From: Candidatus Kaiserbacteria bacterium
GTDB taxonomy: Bacteria > Patescibacteriota > Minisyncoccia > Phycocordibacterales > UBA918
Reading direction: 5' to 3'
Length of the DNA: 64,000 nucleotides
NCBI GenBank assembly: GCA_016204695.1
Contig: JACQKD010000014.1
Span: 88,170-152,169 of the forward strand
Position numbers and translations under genes: made by a program. Under the pieces are notes generated by a model. It made no database searches. It saw nothing but the letters and a program-made list of their open reading frames with translations, and was not told where the DNA came from. Shown here one piece after another: positions 34,979 through 44,453 of this stretch (position 1 is its first letter; each line of letters opens with the position of its first letter).

Positions 34979-35716
34979 ATGAGTCTTCGAAGCCCTTTGG
35001 AGTTATTGAACGACACTATCAGTTTCTATAATGCGCATGCAAAGACCTACGCACTGATCGTCCTCGTACCGGCGATACTGGGCGGGATATTGAGCTATCT
35101 CTCCGAGCGGTATCTTCCGCCGGAAGAGTCGGCGGCCTTCTTTACGGAGCTCGTGGCACTCGGTTCGACACTCTGGATTCTGCTTAGCGGTCTGATACTC
35201 GGAGGAATCGTAAGTATTATCGCATGCATCGCTCTTATATTCTTCACCGCCGATCCGTCACGATATCCTAGCGCCGCAAGCGCCTACTCACACGCAAAAA
35301 CGTATTTCTTCCCCTATCTCTTCGTAGGACTTCTGACGGGTCTTGCCATCATGGGAGGAATGATTCTCCTTATCGTGCCGGGCATCGTCATCGCCGTGTG
35401 GTTTGCATTTTCCCAATACACGTGTCTGCTTGAAGAAAAGAACGGCTTTGAAGCATTGCGGGCGAGCAGGACGCTTGTCGTCGGCCGGTGGGGTGCGGTA
35501 TTCACACGACTTCTCGTGTTTGTTGCGATATATATACTCGCGACATTTGCCTTTATGTCTATCATCGATCAAGCCATATCCGACGATGCGCTCTCGGCGG
35601 GATTGAGTAACCTCCTTCTTGTTATCGTCCTTACACCGATAAGCACCATCTACCCGTACCTTCTTTACAAAGATCTTAAAGCGGCCGACGCAACCAACGC
35701 TTCATCGGCGTCATAA
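34979..35716 (+). CDS. Hypothetical polytopic membrane protein
   Basis: Five or more TM helices. Confidence 0.5.
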   Translation: MSLRSPLELLNDTISFYNAHAKTYALIVLVPAILGGILSYLSERYLPPEESAAFFTELVALGSTLWILLSGLILGGIVSIIACIALIFFTADPSRYPSAASAYSHAKTYFFPYLFVGLLTGLAIMGGMILLIVPGIVIAVWFAFSQYTCLLEEKNGFEALRASRTLVVGRWGAVFTRLLVFVAIYILATFAFMSIIDQAISDDALSAGLSNLLLVIVLTPISTIYPYLLYKDLKAADATNASSAS

Positions 35717-35720
35717 TCGT

Positions 35721-36926
35721 ATGATATTCGTCTCAAAAATACGGCTCTACATGAACTGCTTGGCGTATGGCGCCGCACTATGCGTCCTGCTCGCGGTACC
35801 GTTGGCCGCATCGGCGCATCTTGATCCTGCGGAAGGCGCGAAGATATACGAGGTGTCGGTCGCCTTGACCGGTGCGTCCATCGTCGACGATGACAATTTC
35901 TTCGGACCGGCAAAACTGCTTTTCGAATACTTCGTCACGCCGACGGATCCCAAACACGACGATGGCACGGGAATCACAAGCAACCCCATTACCATTAACA
36001 GCGGCGAGTCGGTCACATTTGACCCGATCGAAATCTACTCGCACGAACAGTGCGGATGCGCGCAAGATTTCAAATTCCAAATCTTTCTGAAAGACCATTC
36101 ACCGCTTTTCTCCGCGGCAAAAAATGTCGTCCGAGCCGGAGCAAATATTGCTGGCGGATTCGCTGTCGGCGGGCCGGTCGGAGCGACCATATCGGCCGCC
36201 GGTGAGGCGGTGGGCGCCATTACCGACTACGGCATGGGTATGGGCGGCACTGACAAAGAAAAAGCGGCACGGGAGCGTGATCGGTTGCGGCGCGAGTCCA
36301 AAAGTATTGGACGAGTATTTGAGAAGGTCAGTACCAATTGCGACCCCGCAGAGGAAACATTCACTTCCGCCGCAATGGACGGAGAAACACAAAACGGCAC
36401 GCTGACATACCGCATCGAGAAGCATGCGACCGACCGCGCATGCGTCGACGAACCGGTCACCGACGGAGTTCCTCCGGACGAACCGGAGGAAGACGACAGA
36501 CCGCAGTGCATCCTCGAAACGGGGAAGGTGCTCATCGACGGCGAATATTACTGCCCGCAAAGTGCCGTACCGGTCGGTATGAGCTGTGGTTGCCGCGCGG
36601 GATACGAGTGGGCGTATCTCGACAACAAATGTGAGGGGTGTACTCGTGTGAAAAATGATTACTGTCTCGATGCCGTACGCGCCACCATCGAGGACGGCAC
36701 GGGCCAGCTTGAGCCGGAGCTCACACTCGAAGGAGAAAACATGATCAAGTGGACATGGGGACCGATGTCGTGCAAAGCGCAGGGCGCGGTGCTCTTTGAT
36801 ACCGCACATATTCTCCCGGGAGAGACATTCAAACATCGCGAGTACTGCACCAATCTCGAATTCGTCCGCGGCGACCCCACAGGAAGTGACTCCTGCGGCC
36901 TGACATTCCTCTGGAAGTACAAATAG
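35721..36926 (+). CDS. Secreted hypothetical protein with Cys-rich C-terminal region
   Basis: Signal peptide ...LCVLLAVPLAASA; C-terminal cysteine cluster. Confidence 0.5.
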   Translation: MIFVSKIRLYMNCLAYGAALCVLLAVPLAASAHLDPAEGAKIYEVSVALTGASIVDDDNFFGPAKLLFEYFVTPTDPKHDDGTGITSNPITINSGESVTFDPIEIYSHEQCGCAQDFKFQIFLKDHSPLFSAAKNVVRAGANIAGGFAVGGPVGATISAAGEAVGAITDYGMGMGGTDKEKAARERDRLRRESKSIGRVFEKVSTNCDPAEETFTSAAMDGETQNGTLTYRIEKHATDRACVDEPVTDGVPPDEPEEDDRPQCILETGKVLIDGEYYCPQSAVPVGMSCGCRAGYEWAYLDNKCEGCTRVKNDYCLDAVRATIEDGTGQLEPELTLEGENMIKWTWGPMSCKAQGAVLFDTAHILPGETFKHREYCTNLEFVRGDPTGSDSCGLTFLWKYK

Positions 36927-36985
36927 CAGTCCCGCGTGCGCTCATCTTGTTTGGCGGTACAATTTTCCCCGAGATGGCGGGCAGT

Positions 36986-37045
36986 GTGAAAAAAGAAAAG
37001 AAAAAGTTTTTGGTGTTTTCGGCGCATCCGTCAAAGAACTCCTGA
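36986..37045 (+). pseudogene. Duplicated 5' fragment of the PIG-L deacetylase gene (VKKEKKKFLVFSAHPSKNS*)
   Basis: AAGAAAAAGTTTTTGGTGTTTTCGGCGCATCCG (36998-37030) matches 37681-37713 in 31 of 33 positions. Confidence 0.6.
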
Positions 37046-37092
37046 GTGTAGTAGTGTCTAATCACACCAAAGGAAAAGCGCGGATGATACAT

Positions 37093-37605
37093 CTACACCG
37101 CGCTCGCAACAGTCCGATAATACGTTATTATGCCTAGTATCCCCAGTACTGACACGGGAACGAGCAATATGGACGCCATGCCGGGAAATACAAGCCACGT
37201 TATTGCCATGAGTCCCACGGCAAATGTCGCCAACCGAGAGCACATGTTCGGTTCTCGTAATGGCTTCCCGATGTGGTAGCCGTAGAGAATGACGAGAAGC
37301 AGGATGGCCTGACGAATCCCTTCCACAGCGTACAGATAGAGAGGAAACTCCGTATGGAAAATCATCAGTATGAGGACTGCTTCGATTGCGATCCGATCTC
37401 CGACCACATCCAGAACGCGCCGGAACCATACGATTCTCTCGTTGTGCGCGAGGACAGATCGACGAAACAAGATCCCGTCGAAGATATCGCAAATCATTAG
37501 CCAGAATATTGCTCCGGCCGCTAACCAATACTTTCTCGACCAAATGAACCAAAGAACAAGTGCCGTATTGCATGGCTTGAACAATGTCAGCAACAATCCA
37601 AACAT
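37093..37605 (-). CDS. CDP-alcohol phosphatidyltransferase family protein
   Basis: D-x2-DG-x2-(F/A)R...G-x3-D-x3-D-like motif (CDIFDGILFRR...VVGDRIAIEA); four or five TM helices. Confidence 0.6.
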   Translation of the reverse strand: MFGLLLTLFKPCNTALVLWFIWSRKYWLAAGAIFWLMICDIFDGILFRRSVLAHNERIVWFRRVLDVVGDRIAIEAVLILMIFHTEFPLYLYAVEGIRQAILLLVILYGYHIGKPLREPNMCSRLATFAVGLMAITWLVFPGMASILLVPVSVLGILGIITYYRTVASAV

Positions 37606-37665
37606 TTTTCACCTCCTTCTAGAAAGTAGTATACTTTGCTGTAAGCTAATCTCTTTGCGCTGCTC

Positions 37666-38370
37666 ATGAAACTGAAACAAAAGAAGAAATTTTTGGTGTT
37701 TTCGGCGCATCCGGACGACCTTGATTTCGGGTGCGCGGGCACGGTCGCACAGCTCACCGCCGAAGGCAATGAGGTTGTCTATTGTATTCTCACCAACGGC
37801 GAGAAGGGCACACACAAAGTAAAGCAGACGAAAAAGGAAATGGTCGCGATGCGCGAACGCGAGCAGAAAGCGGCGGGGAAAGTGGTCGGCGTCCAAAAAG
37901 TCATCTTTTTGCGTAATACCGACGGCGACCTCGAGCATACGAAAGATGTGCGCAAAGAAGTGACGCGGGTGATCAGACGGGAACGGCCGGATGTCGTGCT
38001 CTCGCAAGACCCGGGGAACAACAGCTTCGACAGTTTCGGTCGTTTTCACCGCGACCACCGCATCACCGCCGAGATCGTCTTCGACGCCATCTATCCGGGA
38101 GTCGGCTCCGATTCGTTCTTCCCCGAACTCGCGCAAGAAGACATCTTCCCGCATCAAATCGAAGAGGTATGGTTCTACAGCTCCGAAAAACCGAATTATT
38201 TTGTAAATATCACCGCAACCATCGCACAAAAGATCGCCGCGCTCAAAAGCCACGAGAGCCAGATCAAGGATATGAAAGATATGGAGGCGCGACTGCGCAA
38301 GCGGGCGCGAGATTTCGGGAAAAAGAAAGGCTGGAAATACGCCGAGGCGTTCCGCCGACTAACGTTTTGA
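37666..38370 (+). CDS. PIG-L/LmbE-family N-acetylglucosaminyl deacetylase
   Basis: LVFSAHPDDLDFGCAGTVAQL (HPDD motif), conserved downstream His/Asp residues. Confidence 0.8.
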   Translation: MKLKQKKKFLVFSAHPDDLDFGCAGTVAQLTAEGNEVVYCILTNGEKGTHKVKQTKKEMVAMREREQKAAGKVVGVQKVIFLRNTDGDLEHTKDVRKEVTRVIRRERPDVVLSQDPGNNSFDSFGRFHRDHRITAEIVFDAIYPGVGSDSFFPELAQEDIFPHQIEEVWFYSSEKPNYFVNITATIAQKIAALKSHESQIKDMKDMEARLRKRARDFGKKKGWKYAEAFRRLTF

Positions 38371-38382
38371 AACCACATCATC

Positions 38383-40113
38383 ATGCCTTTGCGACTTGAG
38401 CGGCTCCTCCCATACGCGCTTCCCGTATTGCTCGTCATGCTCTATATCATCCTGCTCTCCGGCGGTATCAATCTCGTGACCGCCGACCTCGGCAGGCATA
38501 TCGCGAACGGCCGGCTTTTCCTCGAGACGTGGCAGACGATAGACACCAACACCTATTCCTACACGCATCCGGACTTCCCGGTCGCCAATCATCACTGGCT
38601 CTCCGGCGTCCTTTTCTATCTCACGTTCATTGTCGGAGGATTCGCGGGAACACACCTCATGTTCATCCTCGTGAGCGCCGCGGCATTTCTCATTTTTTTC
38701 CGTATCGCATGGAAAAAGGGCGGACTTCCGCTTGCGAGTGTCTTCGCACTCCTCCTCTTGCCCATCATCGCCGAGCGCACCGAAGTCCGGCCCGAGGCAT
38801 TCAGCTATCTGCTCGCGGGCGTATATTTCTTTCTGCTCCTTAGGCATCGCGAAGGGCGACTCTCTGCGAAAGCGCTTGCGATAACACTCGGCATTCTGCA
38901 AGTCCTCTGGGTCAATCTCCATATCTATTTTTTCGTCGGCTGGGTATTGGTCGGAACATTCCTGCTTGAAGACATCGTCATGCGCGGCAGGCGGCACGCA
39001 TCAACCAAAACGCTCGCGCTCTGTTTCGGCATCGTGCTTGCCGCAGTATTCGTCAATCCGTTTACGCTCGAAGGCGCGCTCGCGCCGTTTACCATTTTCA
39101 ATGAATACGGCTATCGGCTCGTCGAGAACCAGTCGGTGTGGTTCCTCCGGAGCATACTCAACCGTCCAAACCTGCTTTATTTTGAAATCGTTTCAGCCGC
39201 GCTCGTCGGAAGTTTCATACTCGTCTTCATCCGTGAGAAGCGAATACTTGGAGCTTCGCAAGAGGTTGTCGACAGTTTCGACCGAATGGTGAGAAGCCGT
39301 GGGACGGCTTCGCAAGACCTTTTGAGATATTTCCGAAGCGAAGCGAACGGAAATAGCCAAAAGGTATACAGTTCCTGTAAGGAAGAAACTGTCATACAAC
39401 CTGAACAGCGCCGGTACGGCGAGAACATACGTATTGTGGAGCTAATTTTAGGTCTCGGATTCGGCGTGGCCGCGGCGCTCGCCCTGCGCAACTTCACCAT
39501 CTTCGGCCTTTTCGCACTACCGCTCTTCGCCGAAAATGTCGCACACGCATTTCCATCCATAAAAACGTCCGCTTCGCGAACCGCCGAGTGGATGCTCGCC
39601 GGAGTTATCGCCGTCATCGTCCTTTTGTTCGTCACCGGCGAGATGCGCAAGGCGTATGCGTATCCGCCGCACGCACTCGGCCTCTTGCCGGGCAACGAGC
39701 GCTCTGCGGAATTTTTTCTCGCGCACGATCTCAAGGGACCGATATTCAACAACTACGACATCGGCGGGTATCTCATCCACTACCTCTATCCGCACGAACG
39801 TGTGTTCGTCGACAACCGCCCCGAAGCATACCCTGCGGAATTTTTCCGGAACGTATATATTCCGATGCAGGAAAATGAAACTGTCTGGAACGAACAGGAC
39901 GCAACGCATCACTTCAACACCATCTTCTTCTCGTACCATGACTACACGCCGTGGGCTCAGCAATTTTTGGTCGCACGGATCAACGACCCCGACTGGGCGC
40001 CGGTGTACGCCGACAATTTCGTCATCATTTTTCTCAAGCGGAACGAGCAAAATACTGCTATCATCAGTGAGTTTGAAATCCCGCGCGAGCGGTTCAGGAT
40101 GACGCCGTCATGA
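38383..40113 (+). CDS. Large polytopic membrane protein (GT-C-like glycosyltransferase candidate) carrying an in-frame repeat insertion
   Basis: About twelve TM helices. A cytoplasmic-loop segment at 39233-39421 is repeat copy 2. Confidence 0.5.
   Translation: MPLRLERLLPYALPVLLVMLYIILLSGGINLVTADLGRHIANGRLFLETWQTIDTNTYSYTHPDFPVANHHWLSGVLFYLTFIVGGFAGTHLMFILVSAAAFLIFFRIAWKKGGLPLASVFALLLLPIIAERTEVRPEAFSYLLAGVYFFLLLRHREGRLSAKALAITLGILQVLWVNLHIYFFVGWVLVGTFLLEDIVMRGRRHASTKTLALCFGIVLAAVFVNPFTLEGALAPFTIFNEYGYRLVENQSVWFLRSILNRPNLLYFEIVSAALVGSFILVFIREKRILGASQEVVDSFDRMVRSRGTASQDLLRYFRSEANGNSQKVYSSCKEETVIQPEQRRYGENIRIVELILGLGFGVAAALALRNFTIFGLFALPLFAENVAHAFPSIKTSASRTAEWMLAGVIAVIVLLFVTGEMRKAYAYPPHALGLLPGNERSAEFFLAHDLKGPIFNNYDIGGYLIHYLYPHERVFVDNRPEAYPAEFFRNVYIPMQENETVWNEQDATHHFNTIFFSYHDYTPWAQQFLVARINDPDWAPVYADNFVIIFLKRNEQNTAIISEFEIPRERFRMTPS
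39233..39421 (+). repeat. Structured palindromic repeat family, copy 2 (composite, in frame inside the membrane protein gene)
   Basis: GTGAGAAGCGAATACTTGGAGCTTCGCAAGA (31 nt identical to copy 1), internal partial duplication GAGAAGCCGTGGGACGGCTTCGCAAGAC, hairpin CCTTTTGAGATATTTCCG...CGGAAATAGCCAAAAGG, and 3' module CAGCGCCGGTACGGCG. Confidence 0.75.
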
Positions 40114-40808
40114 CATCGACAATGAAAACACTCTCCATCGTCGTTCCCGTATACAACGAAGCAAAAACGGTCAATACCGTACTTGAACGGCTCGGCGCCG
40201 TCCCCATGGCCGGTTGGGAAAAAGAGATCATCGTCGTCAACGACGGCTCGACCGACGACACCGAGGAGGCGCTCGCGCCGTACCGCTCGCACATCACCTA
40301 CATCCGCCACCCCGAAAATCGCGGCAAAGGAGCGGCGGTCCGCACCGCGACGGCGCTCGCGACCGGCGATGCCGTCATCATCCAGGACGCCGACCTTGAA
40401 TACGACCCGGCGGACATTCCCGCGCTCCTTGCCGCATTTTCGAAAAACAGTGTGCATGCCGTCTACGGCTCGCGAGGACAGCGCGTGTTTGAAAGCCGCC
40501 GGCCGCACTATGTCGCGGGAGTCAAACTGCTCACCGCGCTCGCCAATACCTGTTTCAAATCGCGTCTTTCGGACATCTACACCGGCTACAAGCTCGTTCG
40601 CACCGACATTCTGAAGGACCTCGACCTCACCAGCGCCGGTTTCGAATACGAAATGGAAATCACCGCGCGGCTTCTCAAACGCGGACACCGTATTATCGAA
40701 GTGCCCGTGCGCTACACCCCGCGCGACTTCGGGGAAGGGAAGAAGATCCGTCCCCGCGACGGCATCGTCGGCATCGCCACCCTTGCGCGAGTAGCTCTTT
40801 GGAAATAG
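40110..40808 (+). CDS. Family 2 glycosyltransferase (dolichyl-phosphate/polyprenyl-phosphate sugar transferase-like)
   Basis: LSIVVPVYNEAKTV...VVNDGSTDDT...IIQDADLEYDP. Confidence 0.85.
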   Translation: MTSTMKTLSIVVPVYNEAKTVNTVLERLGAVPMAGWEKEIIVVNDGSTDDTEEALAPYRSHITYIRHPENRGKGAAVRTATALATGDAVIIQDADLEYDPADIPALLAAFSKNSVHAVYGSRGQRVFESRRPHYVAGVKLLTALANTCFKSRLSDIYTGYKLVRTDILKDLDLTSAGFEYEMEITARLLKRGHRIIEVPVRYTPRDFGEGKKIRPRDGIVGIATLARVALWK

Positions 40809-40811
40809 GCC

Positions 40812-42359
40812 TCACGCGTATCCGGGGAAATAGTCGCGGCGGATGTGGCGGTCGGGTATGCCCATGTCGAGAAGCGTTTTCGAAATTCCTTCCACCATCG
40901 GTTCGGGGCCAGAGATATAAAAGATGCGCTCGCTCGCATCCGGCACTTCGGCTTTGATCATATCCGCATCGAGGCGGCCGGTTCTTCCAGTCCATCCACT
41001 TGGTATTTTGTCCGCTTCTGAAAGTACGTATACATTCCGCAGACCGACTTTTGCCGCCTCTTCAAATATGTCGCGGAACACGAGGTCCTGCTCGGTGCGA
41101 GCGGCGTAAAGAAGCACAATATCCCGACGCTCGTTTTTTGCGAGCAAGTATTTCGCCATACTCCTGAAAGGCGTGACGCCGATACCTCCGGCGATCCAGA
41201 CGATTTTTCGCTTCGGGTCGGAGGGCAGGATAAACTCGCCTGCGACTTTCCCTGCGACAATGTCGTCTCCCTCCCGCATCTCGCCGAGCCTCTTCTTCCA
41301 TGTGCTTCCCTTGGACGCCGCAAAGCGCGTCGCGAGCAGTATCTGTTTCTCCTCCGGCGCCGATGCGATGGTGAAGTAGCGGCGCACGCCTCGCGCATCC
41401 GCCTTCGGATGCGCGAGCGTGTACTCCAAAAATTGTCCCGGAAAAAACGAAAAGGGTTTCATCGGCTCGAACCAGAATCCCCAAATATCCGCCGACAATT
41501 GTTTCTTTTTCCGCAATACAAACGACTGGCGAAAATCCGGACTCACGATACGCGCGAAGATATTGCCGACAAGCAGTGCAAGTTCAAGCGGCACCGCGGA
41601 CATCCCCACCCACTGCGGGACGAACATCACCGCGGCAATCACCGTACCGAACCATATCCGCCACCGCTTGGTATGCGGCGACGTCAGCGGCTCGACCAGC
41701 ATCACGAACGAGAAGAACAAGATGGGGGAGGAGATGAAAATGGTATAGAGCAGTGTCGGGATATCCGCCACGGTCCCTCCGCGCACCAAGAAAACGTCAA
41801 CGAACAGCAATGCCAGATACGCCGCGAGAAAGCCGGCGACAAGATGCATCCTGCGGATTTTGCAGACAATCAGCAGTCCTCCCAGAAGCACAAGCGGCAA
41901 TGTCACCACGCTTCCGATCCACCAGCTTGCCGAATATCCGAGGAGTCCGGCCGCAAACGCACCGAACGCGGCGGGATTAAAAATATGACTTTTGCGCATC
42001 GCAAAAACATATTTCGATGCCATCGCGAATGCCGCCGCAAGCAGGAGCCAGTGCCAGTCTGCCGCGAGCGACACCGGCCCGATGATGGCCGAAAGAATGA
42101 GGCCGCTGATAATCGCCGATTCGATATTTTGCGTTGCGCCGACTATCCGCGAGATAATCTCGCTCACCAACCGGCACGCCGCGACAAGCAGGAGCGTCTG
42201 CAAGAGAACCTCCCACCACCTATATGGAAGAAGCCCGACCGCGCTCGCCGCCACCGCCCATCCCAACAACACAACCAAAAACCACACCATCAGCCGGTAC
42301 ATGGTCGTCTTGTCTAGAAATCTCTGGACAAAATACATGCTTCCATTATAATCCGTCAC
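40812..42359 (-). CDS. Fusion protein: N-terminal polytopic membrane domain plus C-terminal FAD/NAD(P)-binding oxidoreductase (FNR-like)
   Basis: RRYFTIASAP (RxYS FAD-binding motif), GGIGVTPF (NAD(P)-binding); N-terminal half has eight or more TM helices. Confidence 0.65.
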   Translation of the reverse strand: MTDYNGSMYFVQRFLDKTTMYRLMVWFLVVLLGWAVAASAVGLLPYRWWEVLLQTLLLVAACRLVSEIISRIVGATQNIESAIISGLILSAIIGPVSLAADWHWLLLAAAFAMASKYVFAMRKSHIFNPAAFGAFAAGLLGYSASWWIGSVVTLPLVLLGGLLIVCKIRRMHLVAGFLAAYLALLFVDVFLVRGGTVADIPTLLYTIFISSPILFFSFVMLVEPLTSPHTKRWRIWFGTVIAAVMFVPQWVGMSAVPLELALLVGNIFARIVSPDFRQSFVLRKKKQLSADIWGFWFEPMKPFSFFPGQFLEYTLAHPKADARGVRRYFTIASAPEEKQILLATRFAASKGSTWKKRLGEMREGDDIVAGKVAGEFILPSDPKRKIVWIAGGIGVTPFRSMAKYLLAKNERRDIVLLYAARTEQDLVFRDIFEEAAKVGLRNVYVLSEADKIPSGWTGRTGRLDADMIKAEVPDASERIFYISGPEPMVEGISKTLLDMGIPDRHIRRDYFPGYA

Positions 42360-42454
42360 CTTGCCGGAGATATATGCCCTCGGGGGTATATCGCGGAGCG
42401 ACCGCGATATCTCACTCTGCGAGCAAGCAGAGAAACGGCAAGAAGGAGAGGGTT

Positions 42455-42685
42455 ATGGCCTGTATCTGTGCCCATTCAAGCGGGCAGTTGGACGGCCTCG
42501 GGTGTGTTTATTGTGACGGGACGGGCGACCAGAGACATTTCCCCGCCGATCGTGTTGGGGGAATGCCGGATTGCGCCAATCCGGGGTGTGGCCACCCATT
42601 TAAGAACCACGGTATCGGGAGCCAGAAGGACAAAATCTTCTGTCATGTTCTCGGATGCCACTGCCCGGCCTACCAACGGGCGTAA
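42455..42685 (+). CDS. Small Cys/His-rich protein (metal-binding candidate)
   Basis: Strong Shine-Dalgarno AAGGAGAG 6 nt upstream of the ATG; MACICAHSSGQLDGLGCVYCDGTGDQRHFPADRVGGMPDCANPGCGHPFKNHGIGSQKDKIFCHVLGCHCPAYQRA. Confidence 0.4.
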   Translation: MACICAHSSGQLDGLGCVYCDGTGDQRHFPADRVGGMPDCANPGCGHPFKNHGIGSQKDKIFCHVLGCHCPAYQRA

Positions 42686-42766
42686 AGGATGATAGTCATG
42701 TGTACTTTTGGGGAGAGCGGCGAGTGCCCGGCACTCGCCGTTTTTTTGTATTTGGTATATGTTGCT

Positions 42767-43399
42767 ATGATGGATCAAAAGGATATCGATGCGGCACTGC
42801 TTCATTTCAAACGGCATGATCCGGTGCTCGCGGAAGTGACACAGAGAGTGGGGAAGTTGCAACGACGATTTGAGAAGCGGGATGCGTTTACGCATCTGTG
42901 CAGGGCGATTGTCGGACAGCAATTGTCGGTCAAAGCGGCGGCGACCATTTGGGAGCGAGTATGTGCGCTCTACGGAAACAAGAAGATGCTCCTGCCGCGC
43001 GAGATCCTCGCAACGCGAGCTGACACACTGCGGAAGTGCGGCCTATCACTGAATAAAATTACAACGCTCGAAGATCTCGCGCGGCATTTCGCCGAAGAGA
43101 ACATCGACCCCAAGCGATTCCCGAGGATGCGGAGCGACGACATAATCGCCGCACTCGTCGCGGTACGCGGCATCGGAGTATGGACGGCGCAGATGTATCT
43201 TATTTTCGGCTTGCGACGACCGGATATCCTACCGGTCGGCGACCTCGGATTCCAAAACGGCATTCAACGCGCATATCGCCTCCGCGCTCGCCCCGCCGAG
43301 AGAACCATCCGCCGATTCGCGAAAAAATGGACCGGGTACGAAAGTATCGCCGCCCTCTACCTCTGGGAGTACCTCCATATCGATATCCACAGAGCATGA
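42767..43399 (+). CDS. HhH-GPD superfamily DNA glycosylase (AlkA-like 3-methyladenine glycosylase II)
   Basis: LCRAIVGQQLSVKAAATIWERV, GIGVWTAQMYLIFGLRRPDILPVGDLGFQNG (HhH followed by a catalytic Asp). Confidence 0.75.
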   Translation: MMDQKDIDAALLHFKRHDPVLAEVTQRVGKLQRRFEKRDAFTHLCRAIVGQQLSVKAAATIWERVCALYGNKKMLLPREILATRADTLRKCGLSLNKITTLEDLARHFAEENIDPKRFPRMRSDDIIAALVAVRGIGVWTAQMYLIFGLRRPDILPVGDLGFQNGIQRAYRLRARPAERTIRRFAKKWTGYESIAALYLWEYLHIDIHRA

Positions 43400-43448
43400 G
43401 CTTTTTGCACATCGGCGGCTTTTATCCCGTCGGCGATATGGTATCGTA

Positions 43449-44042
43449 TTGGTAATGTTTTTCTTCTACGCTCTGGTGCCGGTCATAAGTAGCATGGCGG
43501 TGTCGCTCGGTGTCGGATCCTCGACGTTTGCGCTCGTCTTCTACTTCATGGCTACACACAGCCCCACGCTCCACGAGACGGGGCGGCCGTACCAAAAAGT
43601 GGTCTATATCGTGCTTCGCGTTGCGATGGTGCTTATTCTTCTCATGGAAATCCTTAAGATCGGTTTTTACATGTACAATGGCGTGTCGGTCAAAGAACTT
43701 CTTGCCGCGGACGTACTCGCATTTATGTGGACAGTGGTTGCGGTGCTCTTCGTAAATCCCGTATTGATGACATTTCACTACATGCCAAAAAAGATCGGCT
43801 CCGCGATCCAGGCGACAAGCTGGTATACGCTCGGTGTCGTCTCCGCATTGCCCGGAGACATCCTCTACTCGTATCTGCCGCTCGTACTGACCTACGCCGG
43901 GTGCGTCGTAGCCATGGCGGTCGTGATCGAACTTATCACGCAAAAGGTGGCGCCGAAGGAGAGTATACCGGTTGCGGACACGCTGGAAGCGGTCGTTGTG
44001 ACGGTCGAATCGAATTCTGCTAGAATAGACGAGCCCGTATAA
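43449..44042 (+). CDS. Hypothetical polytopic membrane protein
   Basis: Five or six TM helices; the overlapping minus-strand ORF is Arg/His-rich junk. Confidence 0.45.
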   Translation: MVMFFFYALVPVISSMAVSLGVGSSTFALVFYFMATHSPTLHETGRPYQKVVYIVLRVAMVLILLMEILKIGFYMYNGVSVKELLAADVLAFMWTVVAVLFVNPVLMTFHYMPKKIGSAIQATSWYTLGVVSALPGDILYSYLPLVLTYAGCVVAMAVVIELITQKVAPKESIPVADTLEAVVVTVESNSARIDEPV

Positions 44043-44043
44043 C

Positions 44044-44316
44044 ATGATCAAGGAATTTTTGATGCGGAAAATGCTTGAGCGCCAGCTCAAGAACGTGCCT
44101 CCTGCGCAACGCGCGCAGATATTGGCGATGGTGGAGAAAGACCCCAAACTTTTCGAACAAATCGCAAAGGAAATAAAGGACGAAATGAAAAAAGGGAAGG
44201 ATCAGACTATGGCCGCAATGACCGTGATGCCGAAATACCAGAAGGAGCTTGCGGCCCTTATGGGCGCTCCAAAGATACGGCAACAGTTTAATGCTAACGG
44301 TTCTATTAGAAAGTAA
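44044..44316 (+). CDS. Small helical hypothetical protein
   Basis: 90-aa ORF immediately following the membrane protein gene. Confidence 0.35.
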   Translation: MIKEFLMRKMLERQLKNVPPAQRAQILAMVEKDPKLFEQIAKEIKDEMKKGKDQTMAAMTVMPKYQKELAALMGAPKIRQQFNANGSIRK

Positions 44317-44453
44317 CAGAGTATGTCCCAAAATCTTCATCTGCTTTGTCGCCTTCGGCGCTCGAACACTCACTGTATTATCTATACACCTCGCGTGCTC
44401 ACTCCTCGGCTTCGCACATCTAAAGGATTTTTGAACACACTCTAGAAAACATT

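Noticed and set aside
41409-42317. 302-aa plus-strand ORF rich in Arg/His overlapping the oxidoreductase gene
   Set aside because: Low-complexity antisense frame. The minus-strand gene carries clear FAD/NAD motifs and TM helices.
43422-44147. 241-aa minus-strand ORF overlapping the membrane protein at 43449..44042
   Set aside because: Arg/His/Asp-rich junk; the plus-strand frame encodes coherent TM helices.
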